DNA of 64,000 bases, taken from assembly GCA_003154195.1 (NCBI GenBank), contig PMCS01000029.1, forward strand, positions 304,960 to 368,959, in the 5' to 3' direction. The first letter of the stretch is position 1; every line of letters starts with the position of its first letter. The notes under the pieces were generated by a model, which saw nothing but the letters and a program-made list of their open reading frames with translations, had not been told where the DNA came from and made no database searches. Source of the DNA: Candidatus Omnitrophota bacterium. GTDB lineage: Bacteria; Omnitrophota; Gorgyraeia; Duberdicusellales; 4484-171. Below, piece by piece: positions 44,369-54,650 of the stretch. The translations under genes and the position numbers were made by a program.

Positions 44369-46063
44369 ATGCGTAATAGTATTATCTATTTATTAATCTT
44401 TCTTGCTGTTTTAGGAGTGCTTAGCCCTATTGTATTTCTACGTACCTGGCCCCTGACCCATGATACTTCCCGGTATATTGTCCTTTTGGACCATTTTCGC
44501 GCGGCATTTCTCCAGGGGATAATCTATCCTCGTTGGCTTCCCAATCTATACGGCGGTTATGGGTACCCTACTTTTTTATTTTACCAGCCGGGATTTTTCT
44601 ATTTTGCTCTCCCTTTTACTTTTCTTCCCGGGTATCCGGAAAATGCCATACCCCTGGCGGTAATTTTCTTATTCTTTCTCGGCACCGCCGGCGCTTACCG
44701 CCTTTGTAAGGAAATATCTTCCGATAACATGACCGCGCTGTTTTGTTCGCTTTTATTTTTGTTAACGCCCTATCTCTACGTAAATTTTTATGTCCGCGGC
44801 GATTTAAGCGAATTAATGGCGATGTTGCTGTGCCCCTGGCCTTTATATTTTTTGATCAAGCTGAAGAAAAATATTTTTTCGCTTAAATACACAATCAGTT
44901 TGCTTGCTGCTTTAAGCATGGTTTTTATTTCTCACCCGGCAACCGCTTTATTTTTTATCTTGGTTTTTTGCGTTTTTGTCATAGCGCTTTTTTTTGATCT
45001 GCCTTTGGCTTCGCGTAAAAGTTTTCTCATCAACGCGGCGTTTGTGGCTATTGCCGCCGGGATTTTAACTTCGCCGTACTGGTTCACCATATTTAAAATG
45101 AAACCCTATGCTAATATTGAGGTAGTAACCGAAAATTATTTTTTGTGGGAACGCCATTTTGTCTCTGTCCCCCAATTATTTTTGCGCTACCGGGAATTTA
45201 GCGCTTCAGTCCCGGGCCGGGCTGACGTGTCTTTTCAACTGGGAGCATTCCATTTTCTTTTTGCCTTATGCGGTTTTGTAGCCATGCGGCGTAAAAAGGT
45301 TATTGCAGTATCTTTTTTTCTGTATCTATTTTTAATTTTTCTGATGACGCCTTACAGCGCGCCATTATGGCGATGTATTCCTTTTATGAAGTTTGTACAG
45401 TTCCCCTGGAGGATTTTATCGGTTACCGCCACCTTACAGGTTATTTGTGCTTGCGGTATCGCCGCGCTTTTCTCCACGAGTTTTTCCTCCGGGCGTAAAG
45501 TAAGCCTGATGGTGATGTTGCTGGCGCTGATGTTGTTATGGTATTCCCCGCAGTTTAAAATATCCGGCACGCTGGATATCGACGCTTCTCTACGCGAGGC
45601 AAAGATCCCGGAAATTACGCGGTTTGATACCTATACGGCATATAATGAATTTTTACCTAAAGCGGCGCTGGGGAAAACTTTTTTATCCAGCCGTTTCAAT
45701 ACGGGGATGCTTTCGCTAAGCGGATCAGCAAACTGTATTCCTTTTAAAGATAATAGCGAATACCGGCTTCATTATCAAGTCAAGGCTGCCTCGAGGGTAG
45801 TGGCGCGGATTAACCAGCTTTATTTTCCGGGTTGGAAGGTTATGGTTAATGGTAAAACTATTTCGTCTCTATTTCTGGAGAAGAATATTTCAGAAGACCC
45901 GCGGATATTCTTCGTTTTACCCGGGGCCGGAGATTATGAGATTGAAGCATTTTACGACGGCCCGCCGGGTCATTTTAAACATAATATTATAAACGCTTTT
46001 TTAATGACGGTACTAGGCGTTGTTTTAGTTTATTACCGACGGGAGTTGTCAGCTAAGGCCTAA
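44369..46063 (+). CDS. PTPS-related/YfhO-like GT-C membrane protein
   Basis: THD, YPRWLPNLYGGYGYPTFLFY, VRGDLSE, QFPWR, YFPGW. Confidence 0.75.
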   Translation: MRNSIIYLLIFLAVLGVLSPIVFLRTWPLTHDTSRYIVLLDHFRAAFLQGIIYPRWLPNLYGGYGYPTFLFYQPGFFYFALPFTFLPGYPENAIPLAVIFLFFLGTAGAYRLCKEISSDNMTALFCSLLFLLTPYLYVNFYVRGDLSELMAMLLCPWPLYFLIKLKKNIFSLKYTISLLAALSMVFISHPATALFFILVFCVFVIALFFDLPLASRKSFLINAAFVAIAAGILTSPYWFTIFKMKPYANIEVVTENYFLWERHFVSVPQLFLRYREFSASVPGRADVSFQLGAFHFLFALCGFVAMRRKKVIAVSFFLYLFLIFLMTPYSAPLWRCIPFMKFVQFPWRILSVTATLQVICACGIAALFSTSFSSGRKVSLMVMLLALMLLWYSPQFKISGTLDIDASLREAKIPEITRFDTYTAYNEFLPKAALGKTFLSSRFNTGMLSLSGSANCIPFKDNSEYRLHYQVKAASRVVARINQLYFPGWKVMVNGKTISSLFLEKNISEDPRIFFVLPGAGDYEIEAFYDGPPGHFKHNIINAFLMTVLGVVLVYYRRELSAKA

Positions 46064-46114
46064 TTATCTGATAATTACTTGCGCAGATTACCGTAGCGCA
46101 GTAAAATGAATTCT

Positions 46115-48154
46115 ATGAATTTTTTTCAAAAAGAAAACAGAGACCACATAGTTATTGTTTTTCTTATTTTTTACGCCGTCCTCTTGTATTCCAGCTCTCT
46201 GCAGGCGCCTTTTTATTTTGACGATTCGCACATGATCGCGAATAATCTTTTTATTAAAAACCCCAGGTATCTCATCTGGATTTTAAAAGGTTATGTTACC
46301 AGCTTTACTATCGCTAAGGGGATGATGCTCCGGCCGTTGCTGATGGTTACTTTTGCCGCAAATTACTGGACCGGCGGCTTGAATCCCGTCGGCTATCATA
46401 TTTTCAATATTCTTTTCCATTTCTTATGCGCCGTTTTTCTTTACCTTTTTTTAAAATTCCTGAAAAAAGACGCGCCGGCCGGGCTGATATTTCTTATCAC
46501 TCTTTTATTCCTGGCGCATCCCTTGAATACGGAAGCCGTTACTTATTTATCCAGCCGTTCCGATTTGATGGTCACTTTGTTTATTGGGTTAGCATTTTTA
46601 CTTTACCTTAAAGGTAAAGCCGTGGCGGCCGTTTTATGCTATCTGTGCAGTTTGCTTACTAAAGAAACTGGTTTATGCTTGCCCCTGCTTGCTTTAGCCT
46701 ACGATTTTATTTTCGCGTCGTCCGCCGCCGATTGCCGCGGGCCGACAGCGGTTTCCCCGGGGCGTGATGTTCTTAAATCGGGGAAAGAAAAAAAGTGGTA
46801 TTTTTACGCGTTTCTGGTTTTGACCACAGTTCTTTATCTTTTTTATAAGAAGACATTTTTTGCTGAGCCTCTCTCGACGCCGCTGCGTTCTTATTATTCC
46901 AACATTCTTATCCAGTCCGCTGTTACTTTTTTTTATCTTAAATTATTCTTCTGGCCTCACCCTTTGATTCTGGTGCATAATTTTCCGGAATTTAACAATA
47001 TCCTCGATCCTATTGCTTTTCTATCGTTTTTGGGGATAGTCGTTTTGGTTATTTTAATTTTTGCCGCAAGAAAGGAATATCCCCTTTTTTCTTTCGGCCT
47101 GGCCTGGTATTTGATTTGCCTTCTTCCTAAATTTTACGCCCGGCTCAATTATACCGCCTGCGAGCACCATTTCTATCTTCCTTCCCTGGGCATCTACATC
47201 ATCCTGCTGGCTGTTTTGCAAAAACTATATGTAAAATACAAACGTTATTTTTTATATCCCGCAGCCGGGATTATTATTATTTGCACACTGCTGGTTTGGC
47301 TAAGAAATTATGAATGGAGTGATGAGTTTCGGTTTTGGAAATTAACGGCCTTGCGCGAACCGCTGTCCAGTAACGCCCACAGTCAATTGGGGGTAGAATA
47401 TATTCGAAGAGGGTTTGTCGACGAGGCTAAGGGTGAGTTTGAAACGGCCCTGCGTTTATCCGATAAATTACCCAGTATTATTAATAATAAAGGCAATCTT
47501 GCGGGTATCTACCGCAGGAAGAAAGATTACACGAAAGCTATATCTTTATTGAACGAACTTACTAAAATTTATCCGGCGCCGCCCAGGGTATATGAAAATA
47601 TGGGGATTATTTATATGGAAATGGGCAGGGAGTCGGAGGCTTTGCGCGCGTGGGTGAAAGAGTTAAGAAATTACCCCCAGTCTCCGGGAATTTATGTCAT
47701 GCTGGGGTTGTATGAGCTTGATCACAAGAAGAATGTGGACCGGGCGCAAAAACTTTTTCAAGAAGCTTTGCGCTTAGAACCGGATGATTATCTGGGTTAT
47801 TATGGCTTGGGGAGAGTGGAGGATAATAGAGGAAATATCGCGCAAGCCGTCGCTTACTACACCAAATCTATTTTCCTGGCTCCCTACTTTTTTGACGCCC
47901 ATTACGCTTTAGGTTTTGTTTATTCCCGAATGGGAGATTTGCGCGCTATAGAGGAATTTAAAACAGCGATTAAGCTCGACCCTTCCGCCGGCCGGGTTTA
48001 TAACGATTTAGCGGTTTTTTACGCCTCCCTTAAAGAGCCGGATTGGCTGTCGGCAAACGTTTATGCTCAAAAGGCAAAACTATCGGGATATTCCGTGAGC
48101 GGCGAATTTTTGGAAATAGTCGATAAAAATCTTAAAAAACAAAATTTGCGCTAA
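46115..48154 (+). CDS. TMTC-like GT-C protein with TPRs (#4)
   Basis: FDD, RPL, HPLNTEAVTYLSSR, LLTKE, EHHFYLPS, TPRs; promoter TTGCGC-N17-TAAAAT 7 nt before ATG. Confidence 0.85.
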   Translation: MNFFQKENRDHIVIVFLIFYAVLLYSSSLQAPFYFDDSHMIANNLFIKNPRYLIWILKGYVTSFTIAKGMMLRPLLMVTFAANYWTGGLNPVGYHIFNILFHFLCAVFLYLFLKFLKKDAPAGLIFLITLLFLAHPLNTEAVTYLSSRSDLMVTLFIGLAFLLYLKGKAVAAVLCYLCSLLTKETGLCLPLLALAYDFIFASSAADCRGPTAVSPGRDVLKSGKEKKWYFYAFLVLTTVLYLFYKKTFFAEPLSTPLRSYYSNILIQSAVTFFYLKLFFWPHPLILVHNFPEFNNILDPIAFLSFLGIVVLVILIFAARKEYPLFSFGLAWYLICLLPKFYARLNYTACEHHFYLPSLGIYIILLAVLQKLYVKYKRYFLYPAAGIIIICTLLVWLRNYEWSDEFRFWKLTALREPLSSNAHSQLGVEYIRRGFVDEAKGEFETALRLSDKLPSIINNKGNLAGIYRRKKDYTKAISLLNELTKIYPAPPRVYENMGIIYMEMGRESEALRAWVKELRNYPQSPGIYVMLGLYELDHKKNVDRAQKLFQEALRLEPDDYLGYYGLGRVEDNRGNIAQAVAYYTKSIFLAPYFFDAHYALGFVYSRMGDLRAIEEFKTAIKLDPSAGRVYNDLAVFYASLKEPDWLSANVYAQKAKLSGYSVSGEFLEIVDKNLKKQNLR

Positions 48155-48274
48155 CTTAAAAAATTACCACAGACAAGCCGCCGTCCGGGGAATGCCTGTT
48201 TGGTTGCCTCGCTTTGCGGTCGAAGCGGGCCGTCAGGCAAGCGCGGCACATTTTCCCGGTTGAGGAATAGAAAA

Positions 48275-49954
48275 ATGAACCGCAGCAAATACACCGCTAT
48301 TTTTTTTATATCAATATTGGGTATCATCGGCTACGTTAATTCCTCCAACGGTAGATTTATCCTCGACGATAAGATGTTGGTGAGGGACAATGCGTATATA
48401 AGAAGTTTTTCCCGCTTTCCCAGTCTTTTTGCTTCCGATATCGGTTCCGGCGCAGGCTGCACCGCAGGCTACTTTCGTCCCATCCCGATGTTAAATTATA
48501 CACTGGACTATCATTTATGGAAGCTGGATCCCCGCGGGTATCATTTAAGCAATATTATCCTGCATATTCTTGTCGCGCTTTGCGCGTATTGGTTGGCTGA
48601 TATTATTTTTGCCGAAAATATTCTTTCAACGCTGGTGGGAATATTTTTTGTAATTCACCCTATCCAGACCGAAGCCGTGTCTTATATTTCTTCGCGTTCG
48701 GAATTATTGATGGGATTGTTTTCATTCCTTTGTTTTATTTTCTATCTAAAATATTCCGTAAGTGAACCGGCGAAACGGTTGTCAAGTATTGGTTTCTTTT
48801 CCCTCATGTCGCTAAGTTATATTATCGCTCTTCTTTCCAAAGAGACGGCCTTGGTTGTCCCCGTGTTGATTTTGCTTTATAGCTGCGCCTTCGGCAAAAA
48901 AACTAAAAAAAATGCCCTGGCGGGTTTATTGATCGCAGCTATTCTTTACGTAATTTTTAGATCAACCATTTTTCAATCCGTGCCTGTCCATATGGATAGA
49001 TTTGCTACCGTTGTCCCGAGAATTCCGGGAATATTTGTCGCCCTGGTCAAGTATCTTTCGCTGTTGTTATTTCCTTTCGGCACGCATATGAATTATGGAC
49101 TTAAGTTTTTTAGCTTTTTCGACCCGAATGTGCTTGCCGCTGCTATTATCGTCGCCGTTTTAATAATATATACGATAAAAAAAAGGAAGCTTTACCCGCT
49201 TTTATTTTTTTCAGCCGGATGGTTTTTCGTCACGCTGCTGCCCGCTTTAAATATTTATCCGCTCGATTCTTACATGGCGGAACGCTATCTATACCTGCCG
49301 TCTTGGGGATTTTTTTTAGCCCTTGCCTGGGGCTTGAGCCGTTTGTACAAAAATAATAAACTATGGTGTTTGGGCTTGAGCGCATTTTTAATCGTGTCTT
49401 ATTCATTCCTGACTATTAAACAAAATAACTACTGGAAAGATCCGATCAGCCTTTATGGGGCGACGCTTAGGCAGGAACCGGATAACTACCGTATTCATGA
49501 GGCGCTTGCCGGAGAATACTATCTTGAAGGAAGAGTGAATAAAGCCATAGAGGAGTATCTGAAAGCGATAGAAATCAATCCCGGTTATGGCCGGGCATAT
49601 GGTAATCTCGGTAATGTTTTTTGCAAACAGGGAAAAATTAAACAGGCGGTTTTTATGTACATGAAGGCAATAAATTCCCGTTCAGAAAAAGACGTTATCG
49701 GCGCGGCGTATTATAATCTGGGTAATTTATATCTTTCGATAGGAAAAGACAGCCAGGCAGTTGAATTATATAGAAAAGCCGTGGAAATCATCCCCGCCAT
49801 GGCCGCGGCGCATAATAATTTAGCCGTGCTTTATTATTATAACAAAGACTACGGGCTTGCGGTTAAGCATTATAACCAGGCAAGGAAGCTCGGCTATAAT
49901 GTTCATCCGGACTTTAAAAAGGCAATCGATAATTATGCGGGTACAACTCGTTAG
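48275..49954 (+). CDS. TMTC-like GT-C protein with TPRs (#5)
   Basis: LDD, FRPI, HPIQTEAVSYISSR, LLSKE, AERYLYLPS, TPRs. Confidence 0.85.
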   Translation: MNRSKYTAIFFISILGIIGYVNSSNGRFILDDKMLVRDNAYIRSFSRFPSLFASDIGSGAGCTAGYFRPIPMLNYTLDYHLWKLDPRGYHLSNIILHILVALCAYWLADIIFAENILSTLVGIFFVIHPIQTEAVSYISSRSELLMGLFSFLCFIFYLKYSVSEPAKRLSSIGFFSLMSLSYIIALLSKETALVVPVLILLYSCAFGKKTKKNALAGLLIAAILYVIFRSTIFQSVPVHMDRFATVVPRIPGIFVALVKYLSLLLFPFGTHMNYGLKFFSFFDPNVLAAAIIVAVLIIYTIKKRKLYPLLFFSAGWFFVTLLPALNIYPLDSYMAERYLYLPSWGFFLALAWGLSRLYKNNKLWCLGLSAFLIVSYSFLTIKQNNYWKDPISLYGATLRQEPDNYRIHEALAGEYYLEGRVNKAIEEYLKAIEINPGYGRAYGNLGNVFCKQGKIKQAVFMYMKAINSRSEKDVIGAAYYNLGNLYLSIGKDSQAVELYRKAVEIIPAMAAAHNNLAVLYYYNKDYGLAVKHYNQARKLGYNVHPDFKKAIDNYAGTTR

Positions 49955-51323
49955 ATACCAGGATCTGGCAAATATAAACACGCGGTTGGCGCAAAGTTTG
50001 AATAAACACCAGGGCGTCTTACCTCCTTTGGGTATAGCCTATATTGCCTCTTCTCTCGAAAAAGCGAATCATGACGTTGATATCATTGATGCAATCGCGC
50101 TTAAAATGTCAAGAGATCAGGTGCGGCGCCGGATAAGAGAATTCCACCCGGATGTTGTCGGGATTACGGCAATGACCCCTACTTTTCCAGGCGCGAAAGA
50201 AGCCGCGTGGCTGGCGAAACAAGAAGGCGCGATAACCGTGATGGGCGGCGTGCATATGGCGATTTTTGCCGAAGAAACATTATCTTATGATTATGTTGAT
50301 TTTGGCGTAATCGGAGAAGCCGAGGAAACGATTGTTGAGCTGTGCGCCGCGATAGAAAATAAACAGCCATTCGAGCCGATCAAAGGGTTGGCTTTTAAAA
50401 AAGACGGCAAGATTATTGCCGGCCGGCCGAGAATCATAGAAGATTTAGATAGTTTGCCGATGCCGGCGTACCATCTTTTGCCGATGGATAAATATTCTTC
50501 CATCATCGGTTTGCACCCTGTTTCTACCATGATGGCTTCGCGCGGCTGCCCTTACCGGTGTGGTTTTTGTTATAAGACCCCTTCGGACGTCAAGCATCGT
50601 TATCGAAATTACGCGCAGGTTGCCGATGAGATGGAATTTCTTATCAAAAATTATCGCGTCAAAGAAATAATGTTCTATGATGACCTGATGATGCCGCAAT
50701 TTGTGGAAAACTTATGCAATGAGATTTTAAAACGTAAGTTAAAAATCGCCTGGCAGTCTCCCCAAAGAGTAAATTTAGTAACCTTCCCCTTGCTGAAGTT
50801 GATGAAAAAAGCGGGATGCCGTATGCTCAGGTATGGTATCGAGCAGGGCGATCCGGAAATGATGCGGCTGATTGAAAAAAATATTACTTTGCAAGGGGCA
50901 AAAGATGCGTTGCGCTGGACGCATCAGGCCGGCATAGAGACTTTTACTTATTATATTATCGGATATCCCGGCGAAAACGAAAGAACGGTTAGGGCGACGA
51001 TCAACCTTGCCAAGGAGTTGGATTCGCGTTATGCTATGTTCACTAAAGCGGTGCCTCTACCGGGAACAAAATTAATGGAATCGGCGGCTGGGAAGGGGCT
51101 GGTTGAACAAGATTATTGGCGTAAATTCATTTTGGGGCAAAATGTTAAACCGCTGCCTGATTTTATCCCGGGAACGGAAAAGTGGGTAGAGCGCGCGTAT
51201 AAAGAATTTTATTTGCGGCCGGCTAAAATAATAAAACAAATCGCGAGCATTCGCGGGTGGGAGGATATTAAAAAAAGTATCGCCGGTTTTATGGGGTTGG
51301 TAAATTTTAAAATGAGAGAATAA
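49935..51323 (+). CDS. Cobalamin-binding radical SAM protein
   Basis: PPLGIAYIAS B12 domain, GGVH, SRGCPYRCGFC, GIEQG. Confidence 0.9.
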   Translation: MRVQLVRYQDLANINTRLAQSLNKHQGVLPPLGIAYIASSLEKANHDVDIIDAIALKMSRDQVRRRIREFHPDVVGITAMTPTFPGAKEAAWLAKQEGAITVMGGVHMAIFAEETLSYDYVDFGVIGEAEETIVELCAAIENKQPFEPIKGLAFKKDGKIIAGRPRIIEDLDSLPMPAYHLLPMDKYSSIIGLHPVSTMMASRGCPYRCGFCYKTPSDVKHRYRNYAQVADEMEFLIKNYRVKEIMFYDDLMMPQFVENLCNEILKRKLKIAWQSPQRVNLVTFPLLKLMKKAGCRMLRYGIEQGDPEMMRLIEKNITLQGAKDALRWTHQAGIETFTYYIIGYPGENERTVRATINLAKELDSRYAMFTKAVPLPGTKLMESAAGKGLVEQDYWRKFILGQNVKPLPDFIPGTEKWVERAYKEFYLRPAKIIKQIASIRGWEDIKKSIAGFMGLVNFKMRE

Positions 51324-52204
51324 TGAGTATTGTAAAATATTTATTTTTATCTATACGGCCGAAGCAGTGGATCAAAAATTTGTTTATCATCTTACCGTTG
51401 ATCTTCGGCAGGAAACTTTTTTTTTACCCGGACAATGGCAGGGCTTTTTTAGCGCTTTTACTTTTTTCTTTAACCAGTAGCGCCGTCTATCTATTGAACG
51501 ATATTATTGATATTGAGAAAGATAAGTTCCATCCGGTTAAATCAAGCCGGCCGCTCGCTTCCGGAAAAATCAGCGTAAGAGATGCCGCTATTGTTTCAGC
51601 CCTATTGGGAATTGTTTCTACTTTTTTTTCTTTTGTCCTGGATATCGGCTTGGGATGGACAGTCATCGCCTATCTTGGCGTTAACCTTTTCTACTCTCTT
51701 TTTCTGAAGAATATAGTAATCATTGATATATTTTGCGTGGGTTGTTTTTTCCTTTTGCGTATCCTGGCCGGCGGTTTTGCCGCGCATGTTTTAATATCTC
51801 ACTGGATTATAATTATGACTTTTTTTCTCGCGCTTTTTTTAGGCTTTGTCAAAAGGCGCCAGGAGTTAATCATGCTGGAAGAAAACTCTGCTTATCATCG
51901 AACAGTTTTAAGCAAATATAATTCTTATTTTATCGACCAGTTGATAACAGTAATCGTTTCTTCAATTGTGGTGAGTCATATGTTGTATACCGTAGACGCC
52001 AGGACGGTAAAGGAATTCGGTAGCCGGCATTTGCTTTACAGCGTTCCTTTTGTTTATTATGGAATTTTTCGTTATCTTTATCTAATACATAAGGCTAAAA
52101 CCGACGGCGATCCTACGAATATTTTATTGTCGGATAGGCCGCTGCAGGCCGCGGTTATTTTTTGGGTTATTGTTTGTATCGCGGTGGTTTATTTTGGCCT
52201 CTAA
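51323..52204 (+). CDS. UbiA-family decaprenyl-phosphate phosphoribosyltransferase-like protein
   Basis: RPKQWIKN, YLLNDIID...DKFHPVKSSRPLASG, KRRQE, YGIFRY. Confidence 0.88.
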   Translation: MSIVKYLFLSIRPKQWIKNLFIILPLIFGRKLFFYPDNGRAFLALLLFSLTSSAVYLLNDIIDIEKDKFHPVKSSRPLASGKISVRDAAIVSALLGIVSTFFSFVLDIGLGWTVIAYLGVNLFYSLFLKNIVIIDIFCVGCFFLLRILAGGFAAHVLISHWIIIMTFFLALFLGFVKRRQELIMLEENSAYHRTVLSKYNSYFIDQLITVIVSSIVVSHMLYTVDARTVKEFGSRHLLYSVPFVYYGIFRYLYLIHKAKTDGDPTNILLSDRPLQAAVIFWVIVCIAVVYFGL

Positions 52205-52385
52205 TTAAAATTATTTATCGAAACGGGCGCAGTTTTTTGATTTTGTCAAAGGCGGGGAATGGAGTATAATATACTGGAAGAGGCTAAAGGCGCTTCGCTT
52301 AATTCTCATGGGACATTAAGCGTGGTGGGTTTAGCTGAAAGAAATAATTGTGGCGGGCGACCGGGTTTCATTGAGGAGGCGAATA

Positions 52386-52973
52386 ATGAAAGGAAGAATT
52401 TTAAGAAGGAAATACCTGATTCATCCCTCGAGCCAGCTTAAATATATTGCCATGAGCATCTTGCCTACTTTATTGGTAAGCATTTTTGGGATATACTTTT
52501 TAGTCAGAAGCGGGGAGTTTATTTTTTTGATTGAGAAGGAGCAATTTTCTGCCGGAACGTCTTCTATCGATTTGACTATTCAGCAGCTGGAACGTGAAGC
52601 TTATCCTCGCGAAGCGGTGACCAAAATCAAAGTGTTAAAGAGTGACTTGCTTTCTTTGCGCAGCCTCTTAGATACTTCTTATTATGACGCCGTAAAAAAA
52701 TGGAACGATACAAAATCGGCGATGATACTTATTTTAGCCGCAGTTATCGTTTTTTCCGCGGTATTATCCCTTCTGTATTCCCATAGAATTGCCGGGCCGA
52801 TTTTCCGGTTGCGCCGGTCGATTGACATGCTCAGCCAGGGCCAGGATATACCGCCGGTTCACGTTCGCCGCTACGATGAATTTAAAGAATTGGCCGAATC
52901 GGTAGAACAATTGCGGGAAACCCTTAAAAAAAAGGGTATCCTGGGCTGGAGGGAAGATTCCAGCCATCGCTGA
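52386..52973 (+). CDS. Two-TM HAMP-domain protein
   Basis: RRKYLI...Q.KY, SHRIAGPIFRL...RRYDEFKELA. Confidence 0.7.
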   Translation: MKGRILRRKYLIHPSSQLKYIAMSILPTLLVSIFGIYFLVRSGEFIFLIEKEQFSAGTSSIDLTIQQLEREAYPREAVTKIKVLKSDLLSLRSLLDTSYYDAVKKWNDTKSAMILILAAVIVFSAVLSLLYSHRIAGPIFRLRRSIDMLSQGQDIPPVHVRRYDEFKELAESVEQLRETLKKKGILGWREDSSHR

Positions 52974-53017
52974 TAGTTTTATTTAAAATAATTTCTTTAA
53001 AAATATGAAGGTTGCCG

Positions 53018-54517
53018 ATGGGGAAGATAAAAGACGGCATATCGCATAATTTAGCTTTGTTTATCGCTGTTTGTTTTGTTGTCGCTTATTTTGCTTTTCT
53101 TCAATTTCTCTCGCCGGCTTTATACTGTCCCGATAGCTACTATCATATCAGCGTCTCCCGGTTTATAAAAGATTACGGCCCGCGCTACGATTTTCACTGG
53201 GCTCAAATTTCCACGTTTAAATATGCCTTCTCCGATAAGGACTTTTTATTCCACGTTTTAAGTATACCTTTTTTGTATCTTTCGAAAAATATAATTTTCG
53301 CGGGAAAATTGGCGGTGGTTTTCTTTAATATCTTTTTTGTATTTAGCTATGTTTTTATTTTGCGAAAATATGTCCAGCCTTTTTTAGCCGCCTGCATTTT
53401 AATCCTGCCGTTATCTTCTTATTTATTTTCCATTTACTTTCTATATCTCCGCAGCATCACTCTGGCTAATATTTTTATGATTTTTAGTATCTATTTTCTT
53501 ATCAATAAAAAGTGGATTACAGTTTTTGTCCTGGCTTTATTGTATCCGCTTGCCCATATTTCTTTTTTTACCGTAATAATTTTTGCTTTTATTTGCGAAA
53601 TAATAAGATATTTTTGCAAAAAAGAATTTTTTTCTCATAACCTCTATGCGGTTATCCTGGGCTCGGTTTTAGGATGTTTTATCCATCCCAATTGCCCCAA
53701 CAATTTACTATCGTTTTATCTCAACGGTTTTTTAGTGCCTTTGCATACGTTAAATAATACCGGTGCAGATTTAGCCAGGGAGCTTTTTTCTTCCCCGGCA
53801 CGTGCTATTTTTATCGACAATTTCGCCGTATTCTTCACCATCAATCTTGTTTTTTGGCTCTTGTTCTGCCTAAAGATAAACGTAAGTTTTTCGACTCTGG
53901 TATGGTGGGGATGCACGACGATCTATCTGGTATTGGGTTTTTGGTCAAACCGCTACTGGTATCAGGTAAACATTTTATTTTTTATTTTTTTTGCCTCGTT
54001 CATAAAAGACTGGGGTATAGAAAAGAACCGGCAAAATTTTTCAAAAAGAATAAATATTCTCCTTGTCGCGTATTTTGCGCTGATTTTTATAGCAAGCTCC
54101 GCGGGTTTTGAAGATTTAAAAATTTCTATGCGACACAAAATAGCAGACCATATTTATTATGAAGATATCAGCCGCTGGATGGAGAAAAATATCCCCGCCG
54201 GCGAGACAATTTACCATACGGCGGTAAGCGATTCCCCATTTTTTATATGCTTAAATCCCAAGAATAATTATTTCGTTGTTTTAGACCCCATTTACATGTA
54301 TTATCCTTACCCCAAAATTTATGCGCTTTATCGCGATTTAGGGAACGGGAAGGTGCGCGTTCCCGCCGAGGTTTTAAGAAAAGTGTTTAACGTTGGCTAC
54401 GGGTTCGTCAGGAAGGATAGGGCGTTATGCGGACAAATTAAAAACGATCACGTTAATTTCAAAATTCTTTACGAGAATGAGATAGGTATTGTTTTCAAAA
54501 TAAATAAAACTTGCTAA
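53018..54517 (+). CDS. GT-C-like polytopic membrane protein
   Basis: PDSYYH in first loop, many TM helices, soluble C-terminal domain. Confidence 0.65.
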   Translation: MGKIKDGISHNLALFIAVCFVVAYFAFLQFLSPALYCPDSYYHISVSRFIKDYGPRYDFHWAQISTFKYAFSDKDFLFHVLSIPFLYLSKNIIFAGKLAVVFFNIFFVFSYVFILRKYVQPFLAACILILPLSSYLFSIYFLYLRSITLANIFMIFSIYFLINKKWITVFVLALLYPLAHISFFTVIIFAFICEIIRYFCKKEFFSHNLYAVILGSVLGCFIHPNCPNNLLSFYLNGFLVPLHTLNNTGADLARELFSSPARAIFIDNFAVFFTINLVFWLLFCLKINVSFSTLVWWGCTTIYLVLGFWSNRYWYQVNILFFIFFASFIKDWGIEKNRQNFSKRINILLVAYFALIFIASSAGFEDLKISMRHKIADHIYYEDISRWMEKNIPAGETIYHTAVSDSPFFICLNPKNNYFVVLDPIYMYYPYPKIYALYRDLGNGKVRVPAEVLRKVFNVGYGFVRKDRALCGQIKNDHVNFKILYENEIGIVFKINKTC

Positions 54518-54550
54518 AGGAAAAAAATAGTTTATCATAAAAAATATGAA

Positions 54551-54650
54551 CCCCGTTAGACCTTTGCGCAAAAAAATATGCGCAATTTCCTTGATTTTTC
54601 AAAGTCTAACGGGGGGTAATCTTGCATGGCAAGAAGGAGGCCTAACGGGG
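54551..54650. mobile_element. Miniature inverted-repeat element (CCCCGTTAG...CTAACGGGG) inserted in a start codon
   Basis: 9-bp terminal inverted repeats flanked by direct TGAA (54547-54550 and 54651-54654); internal second CTAACGGGG. Confidence 0.75.

Noticed and set aside
44369-46063. 6-pyruvoyl-tetrahydropterin synthase activity
   Set aside because: The PTPS-related name refers to a membrane domain; the sequence is a polytopic GT-C-like protein
32987-49954. Diversity-generating retroelement or recent tandem duplication among TMTC genes
   Set aside because: No reverse transcriptase and no near-identical TR/VR pair seen; paralogs are clearly diverged
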